A stretch of 64,000 nucleotides of DNA from Dehalococcoidia bacterium (lineage in GTDB: Bacteria > Chloroflexota > Dehalococcoidia > Bin125): NCBI GenBank assembly GCA_963662615.2, contig CAXXSR010000001.1:1943984-2007983 (forward strand), written 5' to 3'. The translations under genes were made by a program, and so were the position numbers. Below, one piece after another: positions 1-9,392 of the stretch. The notes beneath the pieces were generated by a model. The model searched no databases and was not told the DNA's origin. It was given only the letters and a program-made list of their open reading frames with translations. How positions within the stretch are numbered: the first letter of the stretch is position 1; every line of letters begins with the position of its first letter.

Positions 1-700
<700 letters not shown>

Positions 701-783
701 TTCGTTATCTCTCCTGCCTCAGACACGCGTCTCCCGTCCCCAGCCGTCCCCCGTCCCTTCGGATCGCAGGCAGCTTGCAAGGC

Positions 784-1509
784 CTACGCATCGCGCTGCT
801 TCCCGGTCTTCTCCGCGAACAGCCGCCACGTCCGGTCGTTGAACGGGTAGTATCGCCCCGGCGAGCACTGCTCGCGTTGCAGCTGCTCTTTTACCACCTC
901 TTCGACCTCTTCGTGCTCACGCGCCGTGGCGATCACCTCATCGACCATGCCGGCGGGGACGATGACAACGCCGTCATCGTCGCCGACGACCGCGTCCCCC
1001 GGCCGCACCAGCACGCGCCCGCACTGGGTGGCATCGTTGACCTGCCAAGGCCAGAACTCTCCGGGGCCTTGCTTGGCGGTGGTACCGGCCGAATACACCG
1101 GGAATCCATACCCCTTCAGGACCACGCTATCCCTGACAGATCCGTCGGTGACCAGACCGGCCGCACGGCGTTGCGCGAGACGCAGAAACTTGATGTCGCC
1201 GCCAATTGAGCTGCTGCTCCAGCCCATGGCGTCCACCACCAGCACTTCGCCGGGACCGCACAGCTCAAAGGCGACGTATTCGGCGGACTGCTCGCCCTGC
1301 GGCTTGTCTTCCGCGATGTCGGGGCGGTGGGGCACGAAGCGCAAGGTCACGGCCCTTCCCGCCATCTTCTGGCCAAGCTGCAGCGGCCGCGCTCCCTCCA
1401 CATAGCTCATGGGCCACCCCTTCACCCAGAGTGCGTCGATAAGAGTCGCCGTGGGGATCGTGCGGAGCGCCGCGAGGGCGTCGTCACTGATCGATGGACG
1501 TTCAGGCAT
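784..1509 (-). CDS. RraA-like / HMG-CHA aldolase family protein
   Basis: GRAVTLRF, GEVLVVDA, GLVTDGSVRD and VRPGDAVVGDDDGVVIVP motifs. Confidence 0.85.
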   Translation of the reverse strand: MPERPSISDDALAALRTIPTATLIDALWVKGWPMSYVEGARPLQLGQKMAGRAVTLRFVPHRPDIAEDKPQGEQSAEYVAFELCGPGEVLVVDAMGWSSSSIGGDIKFLRLAQRRAAGLVTDGSVRDSVVLKGYGFPVYSAGTTAKQGPGEFWPWQVNDATQCGRVLVRPGDAVVGDDDGVVIVPAGMVDEVIATAREHEEVEEVVKEQLQREQCSPGRYYPFNDRTWRLFAEKTGKQRDA

Positions 1510-1674
1510 CGGGGCACCTCCAAGCCGTTCGCTTTGATCGTGGCCGTCATTCTATGCAGTCGCCGCATCGGACGGCGAAACGCCCTGGCGCCGACAGCAC
1601 GGAGCCGCGGCGCTGCAGCCGCTCCGGTGAGCAATCAGACCTCACCTGCGTGGCCCCGATGGCGCACGATCGTG

Positions 1675-1913
1675 AAATATACTGCTCTCTCTTTCAGGGC
1701 ACGAGTCTAGGCGGCTCTTCTAGGCCCCATTGGGATTTACCAGTGTTCCGGCGCTGGGAGCGGAGGGTGAGCTGGACCTGGACGCACCAGGTCCGGCACG
1801 CGCTGGTTCGGCATGTGATCGTCACCCGGCGCTTCGGCATCGAGGAGATCAACGAGGCGGCAGCGGCGTTGGAAGCCGGCGAGATCGCGGGGCTCGCCAT
1901 CTTGGAGTTCTGA
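1675..1913 (+). pseudogene. C-terminal remnant of a zinc-binding alcohol dehydrogenase
   Basis: GTSLGGSSRPHWDLPVF...(frameshift)EGELDLDA...VTRRFGIEEINEAAAALEAGEIAGLAILEF*. No N-terminal part, and an ~30 bp insertion. Confidence 0.6.
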
Positions 1914-2046
1914 GGGAGCGCCGCATCTCATCAATGAGCGACCCATACGCAACAGGACCGGGCTGGCCGAGACGGGAGCGCGACCTCTACGATTCGTGCG
2001 CGGTCGTGTGTCCGAGGCAAGCGGTCGATCAAAGTGAGGTAGCGGC

Positions 2047-2829
2047 GTGGCCCTTCCCCAAGATCGCGCGGAGGCCGCCGAGCTGCTCGGCGTCGCCGCC
2101 GACGCGTCCGAGAGCCTGATCAGCAGCCGCTATCGCACCCTGGCGCAGATCTTCCATCCCGATCTGAATCCCAACGCGCCCAGCGCCGACCTGCGGATGC
2201 AAGAGTTGAACGCTGCGCGCGACCTGCTGCTGCGGGGTCTGCGCCCGACCGGTTCGGCAGAGGACCCCCCGCAACAGGAGCGCCCGGGCGAGCAGGGGGC
2301 GTTGCAGACGAAGGAAGAGGCGCAGCGCATTCGCACGGTGATGCACCAGATGCCGTACGGCATCTACATCATTGGCACCACACGGGATGACGAGCCCAAC
2401 GCCATGATCGCCGACTGGGTGATGCAAGTCTCTTTTGAGCCGCGTCTGGTGGCCGTGTCCATCGAGAACGACGCCTACAGCCTGGAGAGCGTCCGTCGGC
2501 ACAAGGCCTTCACGATCAACTTGCTCCCCGAAGACGGGATGGAAGTCGCTGCCCGCTTCTTGCAGCCGCGAGACGGCTCGAAGATCCGGGGACGCAGCCC
2601 TGCAGTCGCCGCGCAGACCCATAACAAGCTTGCCGGCACTGTCTATCGCACGACAGATCGCGGCTGCCCGATTCTTGAAGAGGCTCTCACCTGGCTCGAA
2701 TGCGAGCCGGAACAGTTCGTCCCGGCTGGCGATCACACTTTGGTCGTGGGCCGCGTGGTCGACGGCGCCGTCTTGCGGGCGAGCGAGGCGCTCACCTCAA
2801 CGTACACGGGATGGAACTACAGCGGCTGA
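2047..2829 (+). CDS. J-domain (DnaJ-type, HPD motif) fused to a flavin reductase-like FMN split-barrel domain
   Basis: N-term ELLGV...YRTLAQIFHPDLNP...MQELNAARDLL. C-term MPYGIYII...WVMQVSFEPRLVAVSI...FTINLL...GCPILEEALTWLEC...AGDHTLVVGRV. Confidence 0.85.
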   Translation: MALPQDRAEAAELLGVAADASESLISSRYRTLAQIFHPDLNPNAPSADLRMQELNAARDLLLRGLRPTGSAEDPPQQERPGEQGALQTKEEAQRIRTVMHQMPYGIYIIGTTRDDEPNAMIADWVMQVSFEPRLVAVSIENDAYSLESVRRHKAFTINLLPEDGMEVAARFLQPRDGSKIRGRSPAVAAQTHNKLAGTVYRTTDRGCPILEEALTWLECEPEQFVPAGDHTLVVGRVVDGAVLRASEALTSTYTGWNYSG

Positions 2830-3078
2830 CACGAAGTCAGCCCGTGTGGTCCGCAAGCGGCCCGGTGGGTGCGGAGACGGTGGAATCGCCGCTCGGGGGC
2901 CGGACACCTCATAGGACAAAGGACGGGCTCTCGCTATATTTGCCGGGGCGCCGCTTGCGACCCCACCGGCGTCTCTCCCCTCACGGGGCAGGGCGCAGGG
3001 CCCCGCCGAGTTCCAGAATCGGCCACGGCAGGTAAGCGCACCGGAACAGCCGCCAGGCTTCGCGCTTCGGGAGCCGTC

Positions 3079-4233
3079 ATGGATCTGCAAAGCTTTGATA
3101 TCGATCCTGAGCGCGGATTCCTGCCGCTCAGGGATCCGCTGCCCGCCCTGCCCTCGAACTACAGCGCCTGGGAGGAGATCGCGGCCGACCTGCCGAAGCT
3201 GCTGAGCGCCGGCGCCATTCGCCGCGCGATTCAGCGCCTGCCGGCCCTCGACGCCGATGGTCTGGACGGTGACGTGCAGCGGCGACGGGCCATGCTCCTG
3301 CTCTCGTACCTGGGCCACGCCTTCGTCTGGGGAGAGAGCCCGCCGTCGGATTCCCTCCCCGCCAGCGTCGCCATCCCGTGGCACGCGGTCGCCACCGCGC
3401 TGGGCCGCGCTCCTGTTCTTTCCTACGCCTCTTACGCGCTGGACAACTGGCGCCGGCTGGAACCGGCCGGTCCGATCGCCCTGGGGAACGTGGTGCTGCT
3501 CCAAAACTTCCTGGGCGGCATGGACGAAGAGTGGTTCATCCTGGTGCACGTTGAGATCGAATCGAAAGCCGCCGTCGCCATCAGCGCCATCTTTCAGGCA
3601 GCCACGTCAACGCCCGCTGACGACCTCTCGCAACTGGAAGATCATCTGTCGCGAGTAACGGCGGCCCTCGATCGGTTGAACGCCACGCTGGACCGCGTGC
3701 CGGAGCGTTGTGACCCCTACATCTACTACCGCCGCGTGAGGCCGTACATCCACGGCTGGAAGGACCATCCGGCCCTACCCAACGGCCTGACATACGAAGG
3801 GGTAGAGAAGTATCGCGGCGAGCCCCAGCGCTTTCGCGGTGAGACCGGTGCCCAAAGCTCCATCGTTCCGTTGCTCGACGCGGGGTTGGGGATTACGCAT
3901 CAGGACGATGCGCTGGCGACGTACCTCCAGGAGATGCGACAGTACATGCCGCCGCGACACCGCGAGCTGATCGCGCACGTGGAGCGTCGGTCCGCCGTGC
4001 GAGAAGCCGTGCGAGACTCCGGCAGCGCCGCCCTGCGGGAGGCCTACAACGCCTGCGTGCAGGCGCTGGCCGACTTTCGAAGCCGGCACCTGGAATACGC
4101 CAATCGCTACATCCATGAACAGAGCGAAGAAGAGCCGGCCAACCCCAGCACGGTCGGAACGGGCGGCACGCCCTTCATGCCGTACCTGAAGAAGCATCGC
4201 GACGAGACGTTGGCGCACCTGATCCCGGAATAG
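3079..4233 (+). CDS. Indoleamine 2,3-dioxygenase (heme)
   Basis: RGFLP, LSYLGHAFVW, LGRAPVLSYASYALDNW, DEEWFILVHVEIE, GETGAQSS, MRQYMPPRHR, FRSRH and GTGGTPFMPYL motifs. Start placed at ATG 3079. Confidence 0.92.
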   Translation: MDLQSFDIDPERGFLPLRDPLPALPSNYSAWEEIAADLPKLLSAGAIRRAIQRLPALDADGLDGDVQRRRAMLLLSYLGHAFVWGESPPSDSLPASVAIPWHAVATALGRAPVLSYASYALDNWRRLEPAGPIALGNVVLLQNFLGGMDEEWFILVHVEIESKAAVAISAIFQAATSTPADDLSQLEDHLSRVTAALDRLNATLDRVPERCDPYIYYRRVRPYIHGWKDHPALPNGLTYEGVEKYRGEPQRFRGETGAQSSIVPLLDAGLGITHQDDALATYLQEMRQYMPPRHRELIAHVERRSAVREAVRDSGSAALREAYNACVQALADFRSRHLEYANRYIHEQSEEEPANPSTVGTGGTPFMPYLKKHRDETLAHLIPE

Positions 4234-4314
4234 CCTGCCGCCGGCCTGAGGCGCTGGCGCATCCGCGCCGGCTCGGCCCGTCCTCCTCCCGCCCCCTCGC
4301 TCGCGACACTACGC

Positions 4315-4343
4315 TTGATATGGAACGTATGTTCTATTATGAT
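4315..4343 (+). promoter_or_regulatory. Sigma70-type promoter with an embedded LexA/SOS box
   Basis: TTGATA (4315-4320), 17 bp, TATGAT (4338-4343). GAAC-gtat-GTTC (4323-4334) lies in the spacer, upstream of imuB-dnaE2. Confidence 0.85.
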
Positions 4344-4372
4344 TCCCTCCGCCTGCCCGGGAGATTGCGACG

Positions 4373-5557
4373 ATGCAAATTGCTTGTCTCCTTGTGCCTG
4401 ACTTCGGTCTGGCCTGTGAGCTGACGCGGCAGCCAACCCTGGCGGCCCAACCCGTGGCGCTCGCGGACGAAAGCGGCCGCCGGGTGGCTGAGGCCACGGC
4501 CGCCGCCCAGATGCGGGGGGTCCATCCCGGCATCAGCCTCCGCGAGGCGGTGGGCTACTGCCCCTTGCTGGCCGTCCTGGAGCCCCGCCCGGCCCGGCAG
4601 GCGCAGGCGCGGCAGTCGCTCGCGGCTGCGCTGGCCGCCATCAGTCCCCTTGTGGAAGAAACGGCGCCGGGCCTCCTCTACGCCGATTTGGGGGGGCTGC
4701 AGCGGCTCTATCCCGCCGTGGCCGATCTGGACCGCGCCATCCGCGCCCACACGCCCGCAGAGCTGCACCCGCGCTTGGGCATCGCCGCGCGAAAGTTCAC
4801 GGCCTCCGTGGCCGCACAGGCCGCCGGTGCTGACGGGACGCAGGCCGTGGCCGCCCAGGACTCCGCCACATTCCTGGCGCCACAGCCGATTGACTGGTTG
4901 CCGCTTGAGGAGGAGATGCGATCCCGTCTGCGGCTCCTTGGTCTAGAGACCTTGGGCGCCTTGGCCGCGCTACCACGGCACGCCGTGGAAGCCCAGTTCG
5001 GCCTGATTGGAGGCTGGGCGTGGCAGGCCGCAAACGGGCTCGACCCCTCTCCAATCATTCCGCGCCGGGCCGAGGAGGGAATCAGCGAGGCTCTGGAAGC
5101 GCAGCCGCCGCTGGTGAGCAGAGAGGCCGTGGAGCACGGCGCAAAGCAGTTGCTTGCCCGCGCTCTCCGCCATCCGGCGGCTCAGGGCCGGTTCGTCCGC
5201 GCCCTCCAGCTCCACGCCATCACCGAAAACGAGCGGGTGTGGACGCACCGACACGTGCTGAAGGAGCCCTCAAGCGACCGCAGCCGCTTGTGGACCGTGA
5301 TCCGTGCGGTCCTGGAGACCGCCTCGTACCCAGGCCCCATTGCCACGCTGTCACTTGAACTTCTTGGGCTCACCGTTGAGAGCGGGATCCAGGCCAGCCT
5401 GTTCCCCGGCCAAATCCGGCATCGGGAGCGGCTGGGCGTCATGGTCCGGCAGCTGAAAGCCCGCTACAGGGAGAGCCCTGTGAAGCAACTGGTGGAGGTG
5501 GCGCCGTGCAGCCGAATTCCCGAACGCCGTTACGCCCTCATGGACTACGACCCGTAG
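4373..5557 (+). CDS. imuB: ImuB-like inactive Y-family DNA polymerase
   Basis: Y-family fold (GVHPGISLREA, LRLLGLETLGAL, QASLF clamp-like motif). The catalytic SIDE motif is replaced by TAPG. Upstream of dnaE2. Confidence 0.8.
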   Translation: MQIACLLVPDFGLACELTRQPTLAAQPVALADESGRRVAEATAAAQMRGVHPGISLREAVGYCPLLAVLEPRPARQAQARQSLAAALAAISPLVEETAPGLLYADLGGLQRLYPAVADLDRAIRAHTPAELHPRLGIAARKFTASVAAQAAGADGTQAVAAQDSATFLAPQPIDWLPLEEEMRSRLRLLGLETLGALAALPRHAVEAQFGLIGGWAWQAANGLDPSPIIPRRAEEGISEALEAQPPLVSREAVEHGAKQLLARALRHPAAQGRFVRALQLHAITENERVWTHRHVLKEPSSDRSRLWTVIRAVLETASYPGPIATLSLELLGLTVESGIQASLFPGQIRHRERLGVMVRQLKARYRESPVKQLVEVAPCSRIPERRYALMDYDP

Positions 5558-5808
5558 GCCTGCCCACACCGATCAACGTCCGCGCCGATCCGTCCGGCGC
5601 GCCGCGCTCCATCGCCCGGCGGAGCGGTCGTGGGTGGGGCCTTGCTCACGCCGTCGATCGCGTGGACGAACGGTGGCGCATTGTGGACGAGTGGTGGCGG
5701 GAGACAGGCATCGCCCGGAGCTACTACCGCGTCGTGCTGGAGGACGGCCGCATGCTCACCCTTTTCCATGATGACGCCCACGACGGCTGGTTCCTCCAGC
5801 GTTACTAA
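5506..5808 (+). CDS. Small mutagenesis-cassette protein (DUF6504 / ImuB-C-terminal-like)
   Basis: RWRIVDEWWRE...RSYYRVVLEDG...GWFLQRY. GTG start with GGAGGTG RBS; overlaps the end of imuB. Confidence 0.75.
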   Translation: MQPNSRTPLRPHGLRPVGLPTPINVRADPSGAPRSIARRSGRGWGLAHAVDRVDERWRIVDEWWRETGIARSYYRVVLEDGRMLTLFHDDAHDGWFLQRY

Positions 5809-5835
5809 GGCGGAGCAGGGAAGGGGAGAGATCTG

Positions 5836-8800
5836 GTGGCGCGGGAAGGCCGAACGCGGCAACTGGCCCAAGTGGAGCGAGACACCCCCCGATCGCGACC
5901 GGTGCGACCGGCGCCGCCGCCGGGGCTGGACGACACCCCCTACGTGGAGCTTCATCTGCACTCCTGCTTCTCGCTGCTGGACGGCGCCTCCCACATTGAC
6001 GACCTCGTGGCCGCCGCCCGGCGCTTTGGGTACCGCGCCCTGGCGCTGACGGACCACAACGGCCTTTACGGTGCCATGGAGTTTGCCCAAGCGCTCCGGG
6101 AAGCGGGCATCCGTCCCATTACCGGCGTGGAACTGACGGTGGCGGATGCGGACGACCCCGCCGCCGCCCGTTCCCACCTGACGCTGCTGGCCGAGAGTCG
6201 CGCCGGCTATCGCAACCTCTGCCGCCTGGTGAGCATTGCCTACGGCTTGCGCTTGGAAGACGCGCGGGCGAAGGAGCGTCGCCGCCGCGATCCCTGGGTG
6301 GCGATGGCGGAGATACCGCAGCATAGCGCCGGGCTGATCGCGCTGACGGGGTGCCGCCAGGGCCGCGTCCCCTCGCTCCTCCACAGCGGCGACAGCGCCG
6401 AAGCCGCCGCTGCGCTGCGACAGCTCATTGCCTGGTTCGGCCGCCGCAACGTCTTCGTTGAACTGCAGGACAACCTGGTCTACGGCGACGCCCCTCGCAA
6501 CCGGGCGCTCGTGGCGCTGGGGGAGCGCTTGGGGATCGGCGTGGTGGGAACGGGGAACGTGCACTACCACGAACGGGCACGGCACCGTCTCCAGGACGTG
6601 CTCGTCGCCATCCGACATCGCAAGACGCTGGATGAATCGCACCAAGAGCGCCGCCCCAACGACGAGTTCTTCTTGCGCTCACCGGAAGAGCAGGCTCAGC
6701 GCTTCAGCGCGTATCACCCGGAGGCGGCGCGGAACGCCGTGCGCATCGCCCAGCGATGCGCCTTCGACATCACCGAGGACCTGGGCTACCGCCTCCCCTC
6801 GCCACTGCTGCCCAACGGCCAGTCGCCGCTGGACCGTCTCCAGCAGATCTGCACGGCGGCGTTGCGGGAGCGCTACACCACGCCGCCTGAGCGAGAGCGC
6901 GCCGCGGCGCGGCTACAAGAGGAGCTGCAATTGATCGCCCAGCACGACCTGGGCGGGTTTTTCCTCATCTATCACGAGGTGTTCGAACTGGCCAAGCAGG
7001 TTGCAGAAGAGGTGCGAGGCGAGAGCCGGGCCCGCCGCGCCGCCAACCTCCCCGTGGGCCGGGGCCGCGGCTCCTCGGTGGCGTCGATCGTCTGCTACTT
7101 GATCGGGCTCTCACACATCGACCCTGTCCGCAACAACCTTTTCCTGGGCCGGTTCCTCAACCAAGAGCTGCACTCCCTCCCCGACATTGACCTGGATTTC
7201 CCCCGCGACATCCGCGAACGGCTGATCGAGCGTGTCTACGAGCGCTGGGGGCGAGAGCACGCCACGCTGGTCGCTTCCTTCCCGACCTATCGAATGCGGA
7301 GCGCGATCCGTGATGTGGGCAAGGCGCTCGGTTTGCCCCTCGTGGAGCTGGGCCGGTTGGGTCGGCTCACCGGGCCCTATCAGTCCGTGCAGGATCTCCG
7401 CCAGGAACTGCGCCGCTGTCCGGAGTTCGCCCATCGGGAGGAGGCGCCCGTCTGGCGCGACCTCATTGCGATCGCGCCGCAGCTGGAGGGGTTCCCCCGT
7501 CACCTCTCGGAGCACGTGGGGGGCATGGTGATCGCCTCGGAACCACTCATTGACTGCGTGCCCTGCCAGCCGGCCGCGTGGCCGGGCCGCTACGTCTGTC
7601 AGTGGGACAAAGACAGCGTGGACGACGCGCGCATGGTGAAGATCGACTTCCTCGCGCTGGGCATGCTCTCCGCGGTGGAAGAGACGATCGCCCTGATCGC
7701 GGAGAGCCACGGACACGTTGAGGATCTCTCCCGCATCGATTTCGACGACCCGGCCGTCTACGACGACATCCGCAACGGGGATACTGTGGGCGTCTTCCAG
7801 ATCGAATCCCGGGCGCAGATCGCCATGTTGCCGCGAACGCAGCCACGAAATCTTGACGATCTCGCGGTGCAGGTGGCCATTGTCCGGCCCGGCCCCATTG
7901 TTGGCGGCGCCGTGAACCCCTACGTCCGGCAGCGTGAGCGCCAGCGCGCTGATCCCAGCCACGTTCCCGTGATGCCGCACGAGTGTCTCCGCCCTGTCTT
8001 GAAGGAGACGCTGGGAGTGGTGATCTTCCAGGAGCAGGTGCTGCAGGTAGCCCAGACCATGGCCGGCTTTACGCCGGGCGAGGCCGAACACTTCCGGCGA
8101 GCGATGAGCCGGAAACGGGCCTCTCAGCTCATGGAGCGCTACCGCGAACGGTTCCTGAGTGGCGCCGCTCAGCGCGGGGTGTCCTCCGCTGTGGCCACGC
8201 GCGTCTTCGACACTCTCTTGGGATTCGCGGAGTTCGGCTTTCCCAAGAGCCATGCCGCCGCCTTCGCCCTGCTCGCGTACCAAACAGCATGGTTGAAACA
8301 CACCTATCCGGCGGAGTTCTTCTGTGGGCTGTTCAACAACCAACCCATGGGGTTCTATCCACCCCATGTGCTCACGAACGACGCGAAACGGCACGGAATC
8401 GTAGTGCGGCGGCCGGACATCAACCGCAGCCGCCCCGTCTGCACCGTGGAGGACGCACGAGAAAGTCGCGGTGCGGTCCGTATTGGCTTGGGCTACGTGC
8501 GATATGTGGGCGACGCGGGCGGCACCGCGATTGCGCGCGAACGGGAGCGAGGCGGACCCTACCGATCGCTCTTCGACTTCGTGCAACGGACGGGGCTCTC
8601 ACGCCGAGCGACCGAGAGCCTGATCCGCATTGGCGCCTTCGATCACTTCGGCCTCAACCGCCGTGAGTTGGTCTGGCAACTGGGGCTGTTCGGAGCCGGA
8701 CTGGAGCGCAGCACGCTCCGCCTGCCTCAACGGCGCCAGCTCCGCCTCCCGCTGCCCACCGACCAGGACGTGGTCCCGCTGCCTGACTTCACCCCCTATC

Positions 8801-9210
8801 AGCGGATGGCTGCTGACTACGAAGTGCTTGGCCTCTCACCGGATCGCCACCCCATGCAATTCCTCCGAGCAGCCCTGGGAGAAGGGGTCGCCTCGTCGCG
8901 GCACCTGCGCGCCCTGCCCGCCGGCGCCTCGGTCACGATCGCCGGACTGGTCGTGTGCCGGCAGCGCCCCCTCACGGCCAAGGGCATCGTCTTCCTGCTC
9001 CTGGAGGACGAATACGGTCTCATGAACGTGCTGATCCGGCGAGAACTCGACGAGCAAGAGCGGCCCACCGTACGCGCGGCCATGTTCGTCGTCGCCACAG
9101 GCACGCTGGAACAACGCGCGGGCCAACAGCGCACGATCGTGGCGGCCTCCCTGGAGGAACTGATTCCGGCAAACGCTCTGCGTGCTCCCCCAGGGAAGTC
9201 GTGGGGGTGA
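5836..9210 (+). CDS. dnaE2: Error-prone DNA polymerase DnaE2
   Basis: PHP domain (ELHLHSCFSLLDG, ALTDH), GRGS, LPDIDLDF, KIDFLALGML, FPKSHAAAF, CRQRPLTAKGIVFLLLEDE. Confidence 0.95.
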   Translation: MAREGRTRQLAQVERDTPRSRPVRPAPPPGLDDTPYVELHLHSCFSLLDGASHIDDLVAAARRFGYRALALTDHNGLYGAMEFAQALREAGIRPITGVELTVADADDPAAARSHLTLLAESRAGYRNLCRLVSIAYGLRLEDARAKERRRRDPWVAMAEIPQHSAGLIALTGCRQGRVPSLLHSGDSAEAAAALRQLIAWFGRRNVFVELQDNLVYGDAPRNRALVALGERLGIGVVGTGNVHYHERARHRLQDVLVAIRHRKTLDESHQERRPNDEFFLRSPEEQAQRFSAYHPEAARNAVRIAQRCAFDITEDLGYRLPSPLLPNGQSPLDRLQQICTAALRERYTTPPERERAAARLQEELQLIAQHDLGGFFLIYHEVFELAKQVAEEVRGESRARRAANLPVGRGRGSSVASIVCYLIGLSHIDPVRNNLFLGRFLNQELHSLPDIDLDFPRDIRERLIERVYERWGREHATLVASFPTYRMRSAIRDVGKALGLPLVELGRLGRLTGPYQSVQDLRQELRRCPEFAHREEAPVWRDLIAIAPQLEGFPRHLSEHVGGMVIASEPLIDCVPCQPAAWPGRYVCQWDKDSVDDARMVKIDFLALGMLSAVEETIALIAESHGHVEDLSRIDFDDPAVYDDIRNGDTVGVFQIESRAQIAMLPRTQPRNLDDLAVQVAIVRPGPIVGGAVNPYVRQRERQRADPSHVPVMPHECLRPVLKETLGVVIFQEQVLQVAQTMAGFTPGEAEHFRRAMSRKRASQLMERYRERFLSGAAQRGVSSAVATRVFDTLLGFAEFGFPKSHAAAFALLAYQTAWLKHTYPAEFFCGLFNNQPMGFYPPHVLTNDAKRHGIVVRRPDINRSRPVCTVEDARESRGAVRIGLGYVRYVGDAGGTAIARERERGGPYRSLFDFVQRTGLSRRATESLIRIGAFDHFGLNRRELVWQLGLFGAGLERSTLRLPQRRQLRLPLPTDQDVVPLPDFTPYQRMAADYEVLGLSPDRHPMQFLRAALGEGVASSRHLRALPAGASVTIAGLVVCRQRPLTAKGIVFLLLEDEYGLMNVLIRRELDEQERPTVRAAMFVVATGTLEQRAGQQRTIVAASLEELIPANALRAPPGKSWG

Positions 9211-9295
9211 GCCGCCACGCAACAGAAGATTGACCCAACCGGCGCTGCCCCCCGCAGCACCCCGCCCCTCTATAATCTTCTCACCCCTCCACTCC

Positions 9296-9318
9296 GCCCT
9301 CCCTCACCGAGGGAGGGC
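9296..9318 (+). terminator. Strong 10-bp stem-loop between dnaE2 and ppdK (terminator or 5'-UTR hairpin)
   Basis: GCCCTCCCTC-ACC-GAGGGAGGGC. No U-tract; a TATAAT lies at 9271-9276. Confidence 0.4.
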
Positions 9319-9392
9319 CGTCCACCTCCAAAGGGGTCCTAGTCGCACGGCGTTCGGACTACTCCCTGACAGGGACAAGGAAACGGTATCCC

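Noticed and set aside
1788-1818. 30-bp insertion in the ADH remnant resembling the palindromic repeat
   Set aside because: Only CCGG and GTTCGGCAT match, which is too weak to count as a copy.
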